The notes beneath the pieces were generated by a model. The model searched no databases and was not told the DNA's origin. It saw only the letters and a list, made by a program, of their open reading frames with translations. From Methanobacteriota archaeon (GTDB lineage: Archaea; Thermoplasmatota; Thermoplasmata; SG8-5; DAIRED01): 64,000 bases of DNA. A program made the translations under genes and the position numbers. The first letter of the stretch is position 1. Each line of letters opens with the position of its first letter. This document shows positions 1 to 8,494 of this stretch, piece after piece. The stretch spans positions 1 through 64,000 of the forward strand of contig JAZDNO010000027.1 of the NCBI GenBank assembly GCA_043799545.1, read 5' to 3'.

Positions 1-133
1 GCACCTGAGCGAGGAGAACAACCTGCCGCAGCTGGCCCACGCTGCGACCTCGCTCGCTTTGAAGCGTTCGGGCCACGGGGCGCACGTCGCAGTCGCGCCG
101 CGCGGGATGCCTGGTGAGCGCATTGATTTCTGA
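1..133 (+). CDS. 3' end (partial) of an MBL-fold metallo-hydrolase, YycJ/WalJ-like
   Basis: Own translation from position 2: HLSEENNLPQLAHAATSLALKRSGHGAHVAVAPRGMPGERIDF* (TGA 131-133). HLSxxNNxP-LA is the C-terminal metal-ligand motif of YycJ-like MBL proteins. Not in the ORF track because it is truncated by the window edge. Confidence 0.6.
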   Translation, partial: HLSEENNLPQLAHAATSLALKRSGHGAHVAVAPRGMPGERIDF

Positions 134-1220
134 GGTGCGAAGCGTTTCGTTCGACACGTCGTTCCTGATGAGGCTGGACCCTGCGGTGGATAAGATACTC
201 AAGGTGCTTTCCAGGGACGCGGTTCCTTGCTTCGTCACAGGCACGGTGCTCTCGGAAATCGAGCAGCTGAAGGTCTGGAGGCGGGTGTCGCCAGGGCAGT
301 ACGAGCTGGCGATGGCAAGGTGGCGCAGGGTCGGTGCGAAGCCTATAGATTTCAACAACCGCCTGCTGGAGACGGAGATGGGGCGCAGGTGCATGGCTTC
401 CATGGAAAAGCTTCACGGTGCGAGCCCCCATGAGGTCCGCAATGACTGTACCGCAGTCATGACCGCTTTGAAAAACGGCATTGACGTCTTTCTTTCTGAA
501 GACTGGCATCTCACATCCCGAGTGACGGACGAGGTGCTCCGCGAAGTCTCGGCGGGTGCCTGCACCGAGTACAAGATGATGTGCGGCCCGGAGCTTCACG
601 CGCTCAACGCACGGACATTTCTCGCGTCCTATTCCCGCAGGCACCTGGACCTGGACAAGGCCGACGCGCTCAGGCGCGACGTGCGCAAGCCGTCGAAGAC
701 CATGGAAGGGGCGGAGGAGCTGAAGATTTCCCCCGGAGCGGCTGGTGACTTGGACGATGTCTGGAAGTCGGTGGTCGAGGTAATCGAGCGCCAGAAGGCG
801 GAGGGCATCTTCCAGTGGAGCGAGCACTACCCGAAGAGGGAGATGCTCGCCGACGACCTGGCGCACGGGAACCTCCACGTCGCACGCCTTGGCGGAAGGA
901 TGGCTGGATTCGTTGTCCTCGACGAGGACCAGGGTCCGGAATGGGACGGCATCAAATGGAGGGCGGCGGGAAAAATCCTGGCCGCCCACAGGCTCGTCGT
1001 GAGGACGGGGTTCCAGGGGCGGGGGATCGGGATAGCGTTGATGGATTTCGCCGAGCGGTTCGGGCGCGAAAAAGGCTACGGCGCTTTACGGCTGGACGCA
1101 TACCAGGGGAACCCGAAGGCCCTGCGGATATACGAGCAACACGGATATGAAATGGTCGGGACTTTCAAGTTCGAGCACCTGCTGAAGGGGTTCAACTGCT
1201 ACGAGAAGAAGTTGGCGTGA
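114..1220 (+). CDS. PIN-domain (N-terminal) plus GNAT acetyltransferase (C-terminal) fusion protein; true start may be the GTG at 135
   Basis: PIN acidic motifs SFDTSFL, TVLSE, RNDC, DVFLSEDWHL; GNAT acetyl-CoA motif FQGRGIG, LRLDAYQGNPKALRIYEQHGY and the QWxxxYP motif; one uninterrupted 368-aa frame. Confidence 0.75.
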   Translation: MSALISEVRSVSFDTSFLMRLDPAVDKILKVLSRDAVPCFVTGTVLSEIEQLKVWRRVSPGQYELAMARWRRVGAKPIDFNNRLLETEMGRRCMASMEKLHGASPHEVRNDCTAVMTALKNGIDVFLSEDWHLTSRVTDEVLREVSAGACTEYKMMCGPELHALNARTFLASYSRRHLDLDKADALRRDVRKPSKTMEGAEELKISPGAAGDLDDVWKSVVEVIERQKAEGIFQWSEHYPKREMLADDLAHGNLHVARLGGRMAGFVVLDEDQGPEWDGIKWRAAGKILAAHRLVVRTGFQGRGIGIALMDFAERFGREKGYGALRLDAYQGNPKALRIYEQHGYEMVGTFKFEHLLKGFNCYEKKLA

Positions 1221-1271
1221 AATAGACAACCAGAGAGAGCATTCTACCAGCGGGCCGCCATGGCCTTTCGT

Positions 1272-2666
1272 TCAGTTCGAATACCTTCTCCGTTCACGGC
1301 CGCCGCTGCTTGGCTTCTCGCGCCTGGCCGGAGGGTAGCGCGAAAACGTGCGCCCGCGCGCCCCGCCCTGTCCTCCGCCCACGCCCTCGCGCGGGCCGCT
1401 GCGCTGGCCGCCGTATTGGCCTCCGCCTGGCCTGCCGCGCGGTCCCCCACCCCCGTGGAACTCGCGCCTGCCGCCGCCCCTGCCGCCCTGCGGCGGCGGT
1501 GGCGCGGTCGACACAGATGCGGCCTCCGAATGGAACGGGTGGTCCTTCAAGACCGGTATTGGCTTCTTCAGAAGGCGCTCTATGTCCCTCACGAACGAGC
1601 GCTCCTCCCTGTCGCAGAAAGAGATGGCCACCCCGGACAGGCCTGCGCGGGCGGTCCTGCCGATGCGGTGGATGTAGGTCTCGGGTATGTTCGGTATGTC
1701 GAAGTTGATGACGTGGCTAATCCCCTCCACGTCTATGCCCCTTGCGGCGATGTCCGTGGCGACCAGCACGCGCACGCGCCCGCTCCGGAAATCCTCCAGC
1801 GCCTTCGTCCTGGCGGTCTGGGCCTTGTTGCCGTGGATGCCCTGGGCCCGGATGCCCTGGCGCTCCAGAAGCCTGACAATCTTGTTCGCGCCGTGCTTCG
1901 TGCGCGAGAATACCAGCGCACGCTTGACTGTGTTCCCCTGAAGCAGCTTCTCGAGGAGCAGCACCTTGTCCTGGCGCTCCACGAACATCATCTTCTGGTC
2001 GATGAGCTCGACGACCGGCACGTCCGGCGTTACGTTCACGCTGATCGGGTTGACGACCATCGTGTTCGCCAGCTTCACGATGTCCGGAGGAAGGGTAGCG
2101 GAGAAGAACATCGTCTGCCTCTTCCTAGGAAGGATTGCGAGCAGCCGTTTGATGTCAGGCAGGAAGCCCATGTCCAGCATCCTGTCGGCCTCGTCGAGGA
2201 CGAAGATTTCCACCGACTCCAGCCGCACGTAGCCCTGGTTGATCAAATCGAGCAAACGCCCGGGCGTCGCGACCAGGATGTCAACGCCCCTGTCCATCGC
2301 CTTCACCTGCGGGCTCTGGCCAACACCGCCGTAAATCACCGCCCCCGTGATGTCGAGATGCTTCGCGTAGGAGCGCATGCTCTGGTCTATCTGGGCGGCC
2401 AGCTCGCGCGTCGGAGTGACTATCAATGCGCGCACGGACCAGCGCTCCTTCCTGCGTTTGTTGTTGGCCAGGCGCTGTAAAATAGGCAGTGCGAACGCCG
2501 CCGTCTTTCCGGTCCCCGTCTGCGCGCATCCCAGCAAGTCCCTGCCTTCGAGCAGGGGCGGTATCGACTGCACCTGCACTGGCGTGGGCGTGACGTATCC
2601 AACGTCTCTTAGTGCCTTGTTGAGTGGCTCTATGAGGTTGAAATCCGAGAAATTTTTACTTTCCAT
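1272..2666 (-). CDS. DEAD-box RNA helicase, RhlE-like, with Gly/Arg-rich C-terminal tail
   Basis: Q motif PTPVQ, AQTGTGKT, PTRELA, DEAD, SAT, HRIGRTARAG. Confidence 0.95.
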   Translation of the reverse strand: MESKNFSDFNLIEPLNKALRDVGYVTPTPVQVQSIPPLLEGRDLLGCAQTGTGKTAAFALPILQRLANNKRRKERWSVRALIVTPTRELAAQIDQSMRSYAKHLDITGAVIYGGVGQSPQVKAMDRGVDILVATPGRLLDLINQGYVRLESVEIFVLDEADRMLDMGFLPDIKRLLAILPRKRQTMFFSATLPPDIVKLANTMVVNPISVNVTPDVPVVELIDQKMMFVERQDKVLLLEKLLQGNTVKRALVFSRTKHGANKIVRLLERQGIRAQGIHGNKAQTARTKALEDFRSGRVRVLVATDIAARGIDVEGISHVINFDIPNIPETYIHRIGRTARAGLSGVAISFCDREERSFVRDIERLLKKPIPVLKDHPFHSEAASVSTAPPPPQGGRGGGRREFHGGGGPRGRPGGGQYGGQRSGPREGVGGGQGGARGRTFSRYPPARREKPSSGGRERRRYSN

Positions 2667-2742
2667 GGTTTCACTTCTGTTGATGTCTATTAAGCGCGAG
2701 GGGTATATAATGACGATGGTTGAATAGACGGAGAATGGTTCG

Positions 2743-4044
2743 TTACTTACCTTTGGGAACCTTCTCCCAGTCCTTCAGCAGCCACTTCCACAGCGGCACC
2801 ATCTCGACCCCTTCGGTCTCCCCCTCGATGTCGTCCGTTATCGCGACCTTCCTGCACCTCGCCCTGGGATACCGCGCCGTGAATTCTCTGAACCCCTCCA
2901 ATTCCCGCTCCGGCAACTCGCGGCGGCTCATGCAAACGTTCACCAGCAAGACGCTGCGACCCGGCTCGACCACCACAAAATCTATCTCCTTCTTCCCCCT
3001 GAAAAACCCCGGCGCCAGGCCGCGCCTCGCCATGTCGAGGTAAACGGCGTTTTCCGCAACCCTGCCGAAATCCCTCGAATGCCTGGCTAGCCCCGTTTGC
3101 GCCATGCCAACGTCGGTGCAATATACTTTCAACTTCCCGCCCTCCCTCGGTGCGGGTTTTGCGGAGAAGGAAAACTCCCGGACGAAGTAGAAGAGCCTGG
3201 CCTGCTCCAGGTATTGGATATAGTCCCTTATCGCGTCGTAAGACAGGCCGAGAGCCCGCCTCAGGCTGGAGAGGGTGACAGGATTACCGACGTTCATGAG
3301 AAGGTAGCTGGCCATCGCGTGGACCTTCCTGGGGTCCGCTGAATGCATGTGGATTATGTCCCTGTGCACGATGTCATGGAAGTACTGGTTGAGCGTGGCG
3401 CGCCGCATCTCTTCCGCTTGAAGTACGACCTCGGGAAAACCGCCGACCTCCAAATATTGCTTCAGGAGTGCACGCGCCCTTTCGGCGCTCTCTCGGCCCT
3501 CCGCTCTCGGCACCTCGTTTTCAACGAACTGGCAATAACTCCGGAATGACAGCGGGTGGACGATGTGCGTCAGGTTCCTGCCAGTCAACAGCGTGGCGTA
3601 CTCGCCTCGTATGAGAGTGGACGAGGAGCCGGACACGATGAACTTGCAGTCCCTTCGAAGGTCCAGCTCTTTCCTCACGACGCGCTCCCAATCGTCCTTG
3701 CTCTGGACCTCATCAAGGAAAACGTATGTCCCTCCCTTCGGGTTTTGGTTTTCACGGTATTCGCGGAGCAGGGAGTCGAGGCTCTCGGAAATGAACGCAG
3801 GGTCCTCCAGCCCGAGAAACAGTATGTTTCGGGCGTCCACCCCCTGGCCCATTAGGCGCGATATCAGTTGATACATTATCGTCGTCTTTCCGGCGCGCCT
3901 CACGCCGGAGATGACCAGCACCTTGGGGTCCGTCAAAAGCGGGAGGATTGACGCCAACTCGTCCCTCGGGCGCCCGACAAGTGGTTGCACCCTCGTCGGG
4001 TCGTTCCACCAGGGATTCCAGTCCCACAACGCATCGGAAGGCAT
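2743..4044 (-). CDS. AAA-family ATP-binding protein (AAA_14 plus DUF4143-like: ATPase, HTH-like segment, C-terminal nuclease-like fold)
   Basis: NPWW N-terminal motif, Walker A GVRRAGKT, Walker B FLDEVQ, SGSS, LTGR, GGFPE, KxY, AEN, EIDFV, family-typical end PLWKWLL. Confidence 0.9.
   Translation of the reverse strand: MPSDALWDWNPWWNDPTRVQPLVGRPRDELASILPLLTDPKVLVISGVRRAGKTTIMYQLISRLMGQGVDARNILFLGLEDPAFISESLDSLLREYRENQNPKGGTYVFLDEVQSKDDWERVVRKELDLRRDCKFIVSGSSSTLIRGEYATLLTGRNLTHIVHPLSFRSYCQFVENEVPRAEGRESAERARALLKQYLEVGGFPEVVLQAEEMRRATLNQYFHDIVHRDIIHMHSADPRKVHAMASYLLMNVGNPVTLSSLRRALGLSYDAIRDYIQYLEQARLFYFVREFSFSAKPAPREGGKLKVYCTDVGMAQTGLARHSRDFGRVAENAVYLDMARRGLAPGFFRGKKEIDFVVVEPGRSVLLVNVCMSRRELPERELEGFREFTARYPRARCRKVAITDDIEGETEGVEMVPLWKWLLKDWEKVPKGK
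2752..2778. repeat. 27-bp direct repeat, copy 1 (3' end of the ATPase gene)
   Basis: tttgggaaccttctcccagtccttcag; matches 4145-4171 at 26 of 27 positions. Confidence 0.95.
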
Positions 4045-4067
4045 CGACGAGTATATTAATTGATGAC

Positions 4068-4076
4068 TATATAAAA
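4068..4076 (-). promoter_or_regulatory. Probable TATA box of the ATPase gene
   Basis: Minus strand TTTTATATA ending ~24 nt before the ATG at 4044, consistent with an archaeal near-leaderless promoter. Confidence 0.55.
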
Positions 4077-4078
4077 CC

Positions 4079-4126
4079 CAACGCTACAACGTTGGATTTT
4101 GACTGTTTTTCAACGGTAGAGCGTTG
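4079..4126. promoter_or_regulatory. Two palindromic CAACG-N6-CGTTG sites, 32 bp apart (candidate operators)
   Basis: caacg-ctacaa-cgttg at 4079-4094 and caacg-gtagag-cgttg at 4111-4126; both are followed by gattt. Confidence 0.7.
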
Positions 4127-4138
4127 GATTTGAGGAAA

Positions 4139-4786
4139 TCACTTTTTGGGGACCTTCTCCCAGTCCTTCAGGAACGCAGCGATTCCCAAATCAGTCAGCG
4201 GGTGCTTGACCATCTTCTTCAGCACGTCGAACGGAACCGTCGAGATGTGCGCCCCCGCCTTGGCCGCATCGATGACGTGGAGCGGGGTCCTCACGCTGGC
4301 GACGATGACCTCCGTCTCGATTGCGTAATTTTGGTAAATCTGGACTATGTCGCGCACCACGTCCATTCCTATGTGGCCGGCGTCGTCCAGCCTGCCGATG
4401 AAGGGGCTGACATAGGTCGCGCCCGCCTTCGCCGCCAGCAGCGCCTGGTTGGCAGAGAATACCAGCGTCACGTTCGTCCTTATGCCACGGTCGAAGCACT
4501 CGCGCGTCGCCTTTAGGCCCTCGGGGGTCATAGGTATCTTGATGACTACGTTCTCGTGAATTTTGACAAGCTCCTTGGCCTCCTTGAGCATGCCGGAGGA
4601 GTCAAGGGACACAACCTCTGCTGAAATCGGCCCGTCGACTATGGCGCAAATCTCCTTGACGACGTCCGCGAAGACGCGGCCCTCTTTCGCAATCAGCGTG
4701 GGGTTGGTCGTGACCCCGTCGATGACGCCCCAGCTGTTCGCCTCCTTGATGTGCTCCACGTTCGCCGTGTCCAGGAATATCTTCAT
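4139..4786 (-). CDS. tal: Transaldolase (short MipB/FSA-TalC family)
   Basis: [17 protein letters not shown], Schiff-base [27 protein letters not shown]-like VASVR; Shine-Dalgarno GGAGGAG upstream. Confidence 0.95.
   Translation of the reverse strand: MKIFLDTANVEHIKEANSWGVIDGVTTNPTLIAKEGRVFADVVKEICAIVDGPISAEVVSLDSSGMLKEAKELVKIHENVVIKIPMTPEGLKATRECFDRGIRTNVTLVFSANQALLAAKAGATYVSPFIGRLDDAGHIGMDVVRDIVQIYQNYAIETEVIVASVRTPLHVIDAAKAGAHISTVPFDVLKKMVKHPLTDLGIAAFLKDWEKVPKK
4145..4171. repeat. 27-bp direct repeat, copy 2 (3' end of the transaldolase gene)
   Basis: tttggggaccttctcccagtccttcag; both copies encode LKDWEKVPK in frame. Confidence 0.95.
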
Positions 4787-4798
4787 CCTATCTCCTCC

Positions 4799-5752
4799 TC
4801 ACTTCTTCCGCCCTATCACGTCGTGGGCGGCGTCGACTATGTTCTCCACGGTCAATCCGTATTTGGCCAGCAGCTCGTCCGGGCTTCCGGATTCGCCGAA
4901 GGTGTCGGGGATGCCGACGCGCTTCATCGGAACGTGCACGTTCTCGACTAGCGCCAGCGCGATCGACGAGCCCATGCCCAGCGCCACGTTGTGCTCCTCG
5001 GCCGTTACTATCGCGCCGGTCTCCCTCGCAGCCTTGATTATCGTCTTGCGGTCGAGGGGCTTGATGGTGCTCATGTTGATGACCCGCGCGTCTATCCCGT
5101 GCTTCTTGAGCTCCTCGGCGGCCTCCATGCACTTGGCCACCATGATGCCTGTTCCGATGAGCGTCAGGTCCGTGCCTTCCCTGAGAACGCTGGCCTTGCC
5201 TATTTCGAACGGGTCCTCCGGAGTTGTCAGCGTGGGAACCTCGGCCCTTCCGAGGCGGATGTAGACCGGCCCGTCGAGGTTCGCCGCTGCACGGACGGCC
5301 TTGCGCGTCTCGTTGGCATCTGCGGGCGAGATGACTGTCATGTTGGGCAGCACCCTCATAAGCGCCAAATCTTCAATCATCTGGTGGGTGGCGCCGTCGC
5401 CGCCTACCGTTATTCCCGCGTGGGTCACGACTATCTTGACGTTCATCCTGGGGTAGGCGACAGACTGGCGAATCTGGTCGTAGACGCGCCCCGTGCCGAA
5501 GATGGCGAACGTGCTGACGAACGCGGTCTTTCCCGACGCGGCCATGCCCGCGGCCATGCTTATCATGTTCTGCTCGGCTATGCCGATGTTGAAGTGCCTC
5601 TCGGGGAAGTGCTTGGCGAAGAGCGCGGTCTTCACAGACGACGAGAGGTCTGCCGTGAGGACCACTATGTCGCTCCGCTCCTTTCCCAGCTCGACCAGCG
5701 TTTCGGCGTAAGCGTCGCGCTGGCTCTCCGGCTTGGCCTTTTCAGCAGACAT
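4799..5752 (-). CDS. Transketolase, C-terminal (pyrimidine-binding) subunit
   Basis: [30 protein letters not shown] motifs. Confidence 0.95.
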   Translation of the reverse strand: MSAEKAKPESQRDAYAETLVELGKERSDIVVLTADLSSSVKTALFAKHFPERHFNIGIAEQNMISMAAGMAASGKTAFVSTFAIFGTGRVYDQIRQSVAYPRMNVKIVVTHAGITVGGDGATHQMIEDLALMRVLPNMTVISPADANETRKAVRAAANLDGPVYIRLGRAEVPTLTTPEDPFEIGKASVLREGTDLTLIGTGIMVAKCMEAAEELKKHGIDARVINMSTIKPLDRKTIIKAARETGAIVTAEEHNVALGMGSSIALALVENVHVPMKRVGIPDTFGESGSPDELLAKYGLTVENIVDAAHDVIGRKK

Positions 5753-6581
5753 CGTCTCCCCCCAGCTCCTTCATGGCCTGGTCGTACTGTTCCTTGTTCG
5801 GGGCCTTGCCGTGGAACCCCACCGCGCCCTCCATAAAGCTGACGCCCTTGCCCTTGACCGTGTGCGCTATGATGACGGTCGGCTTGCCCTTGACCTCCTT
5901 GGCCTGGTCGAAGGCCGCTAATATCTCCTTGAAATCGTGTCCGTTCATCTCCAGCACGTGCCAGCCGAACGCCTTCCATTTGTCGGAGAGGGGCTCGAGG
6001 GACATTATCTGCTCCGTCGGGCCGTCGAGCTGCAGCTTATTGCGGTCCACGATTGCCACAAGATTGTCAACTTTGTAGAATGCAGCCGACATCGCGGCCT
6101 CCCATATCTGCCCGCAGTCTAGTTCTCCGTCCCCCAGCATCACGTAGACCCTGTACGGCTTCCGGTCGAGCTTCGCGGCCAGCGCCATGCCTATCCCCAT
6201 GCTGAGACCCTGGCCCTCGGAGCCGGTCGAAGCCTCGACACCGAGCGTCTTGCGCATGTCCGGGTGCCCCTGGAGCAGGCTGCCTATCTGGCGCAGAGTG
6301 CAGAGCTCGGTGGTGGGGAAGAACCCGGCCTCGGCCAGGCAGGCGTAGAGCGCCGGGGCCGCATGGCCCTTGCTGAGCACGAACCTGTCCCGGTCCTCCC
6401 ACTTTGGCTCCGCTGGCCGGACGTTCATGACCTTGAAATACAAAGCCGTCATGATGTCCGTCGCCGAGAGAGAGCCTCCGGGGTGGCCCGAACCCGCAGT
6501 GTGAATCATCCTGATGATGTGCTTCCGGATGCACCTGGCCTTGGCATCCAGGTCCGCAATCAACTCGTCTCTGTAAACCAA
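5742..6581 (-). CDS. Transketolase, N-terminal (TPP-binding) subunit; TTG start at 6581 preferred over the 6641 start in the track
   Basis: [28 protein letters not shown] motif GDGE...[10 protein letters not shown]; overlaps the start of the downstream subunit. Confidence 0.93.
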   Translation of the reverse strand: MVYRDELIADLDAKARCIRKHIIRMIHTAGSGHPGGSLSATDIMTALYFKVMNVRPAEPKWEDRDRFVLSKGHAAPALYACLAEAGFFPTTELCTLRQIGSLLQGHPDMRKTLGVEASTGSEGQGLSMGIGMALAAKLDRKPYRVYVMLGDGELDCGQIWEAAMSAAFYKVDNLVAIVDRNKLQLDGPTEQIMSLEPLSDKWKAFGWHVLEMNGHDFKEILAAFDQAKEVKGKPTVIIAHTVKGKGVSFMEGAVGFHGKAPNKEQYDQAMKELGGDDVC

Positions 6582-6714
6582 TCTCGCGCCCCCTGCTGAC
6601 GATGGGTAATGGGGGATTGACTCATAATCTTTACCGTCCAAAGGCCCGACGCCACATCGCCGGCGCCTGGACGTGAAAACGCCTCCGTCGAAAGCTTTTT
6701 GATGCTACGCGCCC

Positions 6715-7251
6715 ATGTACATACGTATGGGCGAGAAGCGGGTGCGGGGGTCCGTCCTCATAGGCTACCTCAAGTTCATACGCAAGAGCTGGGGCGAGCA
6801 AGGGGCCATGCAGGTGAGGGGCGTGGTCAATTTCGACCTCGACAAGCTCAAAGAGAGTTCGTGGTACGATATTACATGCTCCAGCGCCATCCTCGGCTGG
6901 CTGAAGAACAAGAAGGGATGGGAGTCGGTGGAGACTTGCGGGAACATGACCGTCAAGGACCTCGGGATGCTCTCGTACATTGTGGCTTTCAGCAATGTGA
7001 AGTCCATTTTGGCCAAGGCTCCCGCAAACTACGCGGACGCATTCAGCTATGGGAAGATGGAGGTCGACCTGGAGGACAAGCGCGCAGTCATCAGGATGAT
7101 AGACACCGCGGAGCACGAGTGCTCGTGCCGGACATGGTTGGGGGCGTTCAAGGGCATCATGGAAAGGACGCACACCAAAGGCACAGTCAAGGAGACGCAG
7201 TGCCAGAGACGGGGAGCGCCGCACTGCGTGTACGTGATGGAGTGGGAATAG
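6715..7251 (+). CDS. Stand-alone V4R/H-NOX-like ligand-binding domain protein
   Basis: C-terminal V4R-type signature C..WLGAFKG...ETQCQRRGAPHCVYVMEW; own TATA-like element upstream. Confidence 0.65.
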   Translation: MYIRMGEKRVRGSVLIGYLKFIRKSWGEQGAMQVRGVVNFDLDKLKESSWYDITCSSAILGWLKNKKGWESVETCGNMTVKDLGMLSYIVAFSNVKSILAKAPANYADAFSYGKMEVDLEDKRAVIRMIDTAEHECSCRTWLGAFKGIMERTHTKGTVKETQCQRRGAPHCVYVMEWE

Positions 7252-7300
7252 GTTAGCTTAAGCTATTATCCGCTGAATATTTTCCGGGCCAGCTCATCGC

Positions 7301-8485
7301 CTAAATCGCCTTCAACGACTTCCCGACCTTCTCGAACGCCCTCAGCGCCTCGTCCAGGTCTGGCTTCGTCAGGCCGGCGTTCATTATCGTCCTTATCCGC
7401 GCCTTGTCCTTGGCTACCATCGGGAATATGATTGGCAGCGCGAAGACGCCCTCCTTGAACAGGCCGGCGCTCATCTCCTTCGCCAGCTTGCTCTCGCCGA
7501 GCATCACCGGGGTTATCGGGGACTCGCTGTGGCCGCAATCGAAGCCCAGCGCCAGCATCTCCTTCTTGAAGTAGTTGGTGTTGTCCCACAGATTCTTCAC
7601 GTGCTGCGGCTCCGTGTCGAGAACGTCCAGCGCCGCCATGCACGACGCCGCCGTCGCTGGCGGGGCGCTGCCCGAGAGAAGCCACGTCCTCGATTTGTTG
7701 TATGCGAAGTTGACCAAATCCTGAGAGCCAGCGATTAGCCCGCCCACGACGCCGAACGCCTTGGAGAACGTTCCCATCTCGACGTGTATCTTCTTCTCCA
7801 CGTTGAAGTGGGTGCCTATCCCGCGCCCGCCGCCGAGGACTCCCTCTCCGTGCGCGTCGTCGAAGTAGACGAGCGCTCCGTACTCCTCGGCCAGCCTGCA
7901 GATGTCCGGAGCCTTCGCGAGGTCGCCGTCCATCGAAAACACGCCGTCGGAGACTACCATGATGCGCCTGGCCTTCTCCGCGTCCGCGGTCTTGAGCGCC
8001 GCCTCCAGCCCGGCCATGTCGTTGTGCGGGTATATCGCGCGCTTGGCTTTAGTCAGGCGTATGCCGTCAATGATTGAGCCGTGGTTCAGCTCGTCCGTCA
8101 GGACTGCATCGCCTTCGCCCACGAGCTGCGGCAGTATGCCTGCGTTCGCGGCGAAGCCAGTCTGGTAGTACAGCGCTGCCTCGCGGTGCTTGAACTTGGC
8201 GATTTTCTTCTCGAGCTGGGTGTGCAGGTCGAGGTTGCCGGCGATTGCCCGCACACTGCCCGAGCCAGCTCCATGGGAATCCACAGCCTTCTTCGCCGCC
8301 TCCTTGAGTTTGGGGTGGTTGCTGAGGTTGAGGTAGTTGTTGCTGCACAGCACAATTACCTTCTTGCCCTCCACTACAGCCCTTGGCGTCGAGGGGCCCT
8401 CTAGGGTCCTCAGCTGCCAGTTCAGGGCCTTGTCCACAAGCTCCTGGTATTCCGTCCTCAAAAATCCCGTCGGGTCGCGTTTCAT
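7301..8485 (-). CDS. kbl: Glycine C-acetyltransferase (2-amino-3-ketobutyrate CoA ligase; Kbl/BioF family PLP enzyme)
   Basis: CSNNYL, LNHGSIIDG, DGVFSMDG, DDAHG, GTFSKAFG (PLP lysine); directly downstream of tdh. Confidence 0.88.
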   Translation of the reverse strand: MKRDPTGFLRTEYQELVDKALNWQLRTLEGPSTPRAVVEGKKVIVLCSNNYLNLSNHPKLKEAAKKAVDSHGAGSGSVRAIAGNLDLHTQLEKKIAKFKHREAALYYQTGFAANAGILPQLVGEGDAVLTDELNHGSIIDGIRLTKAKRAIYPHNDMAGLEAALKTADAEKARRIMVVSDGVFSMDGDLAKAPDICRLAEEYGALVYFDDAHGEGVLGGGRGIGTHFNVEKKIHVEMGTFSKAFGVVGGLIAGSQDLVNFAYNKSRTWLLSGSAPPATAASCMAALDVLDTEPQHVKNLWDNTNYFKKEMLALGFDCGHSESPITPVMLGESKLAKEMSAGLFKEGVFALPIIFPMVAKDKARIRTIMNAGLTKPDLDEALRAFEKVGKSLKAI

Positions 8486-8494
8486 GTGCTCACC

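Noticed and set aside
1260-2480. 406-aa plus-strand ORF, and similar long antisense ORFs (15674-16891, 55639-56964, 4991-5836, 60824-62032)
   Set aside because: Shadow frames opposite well-supported genes; expected in high-GC DNA and without recognisable motifs.
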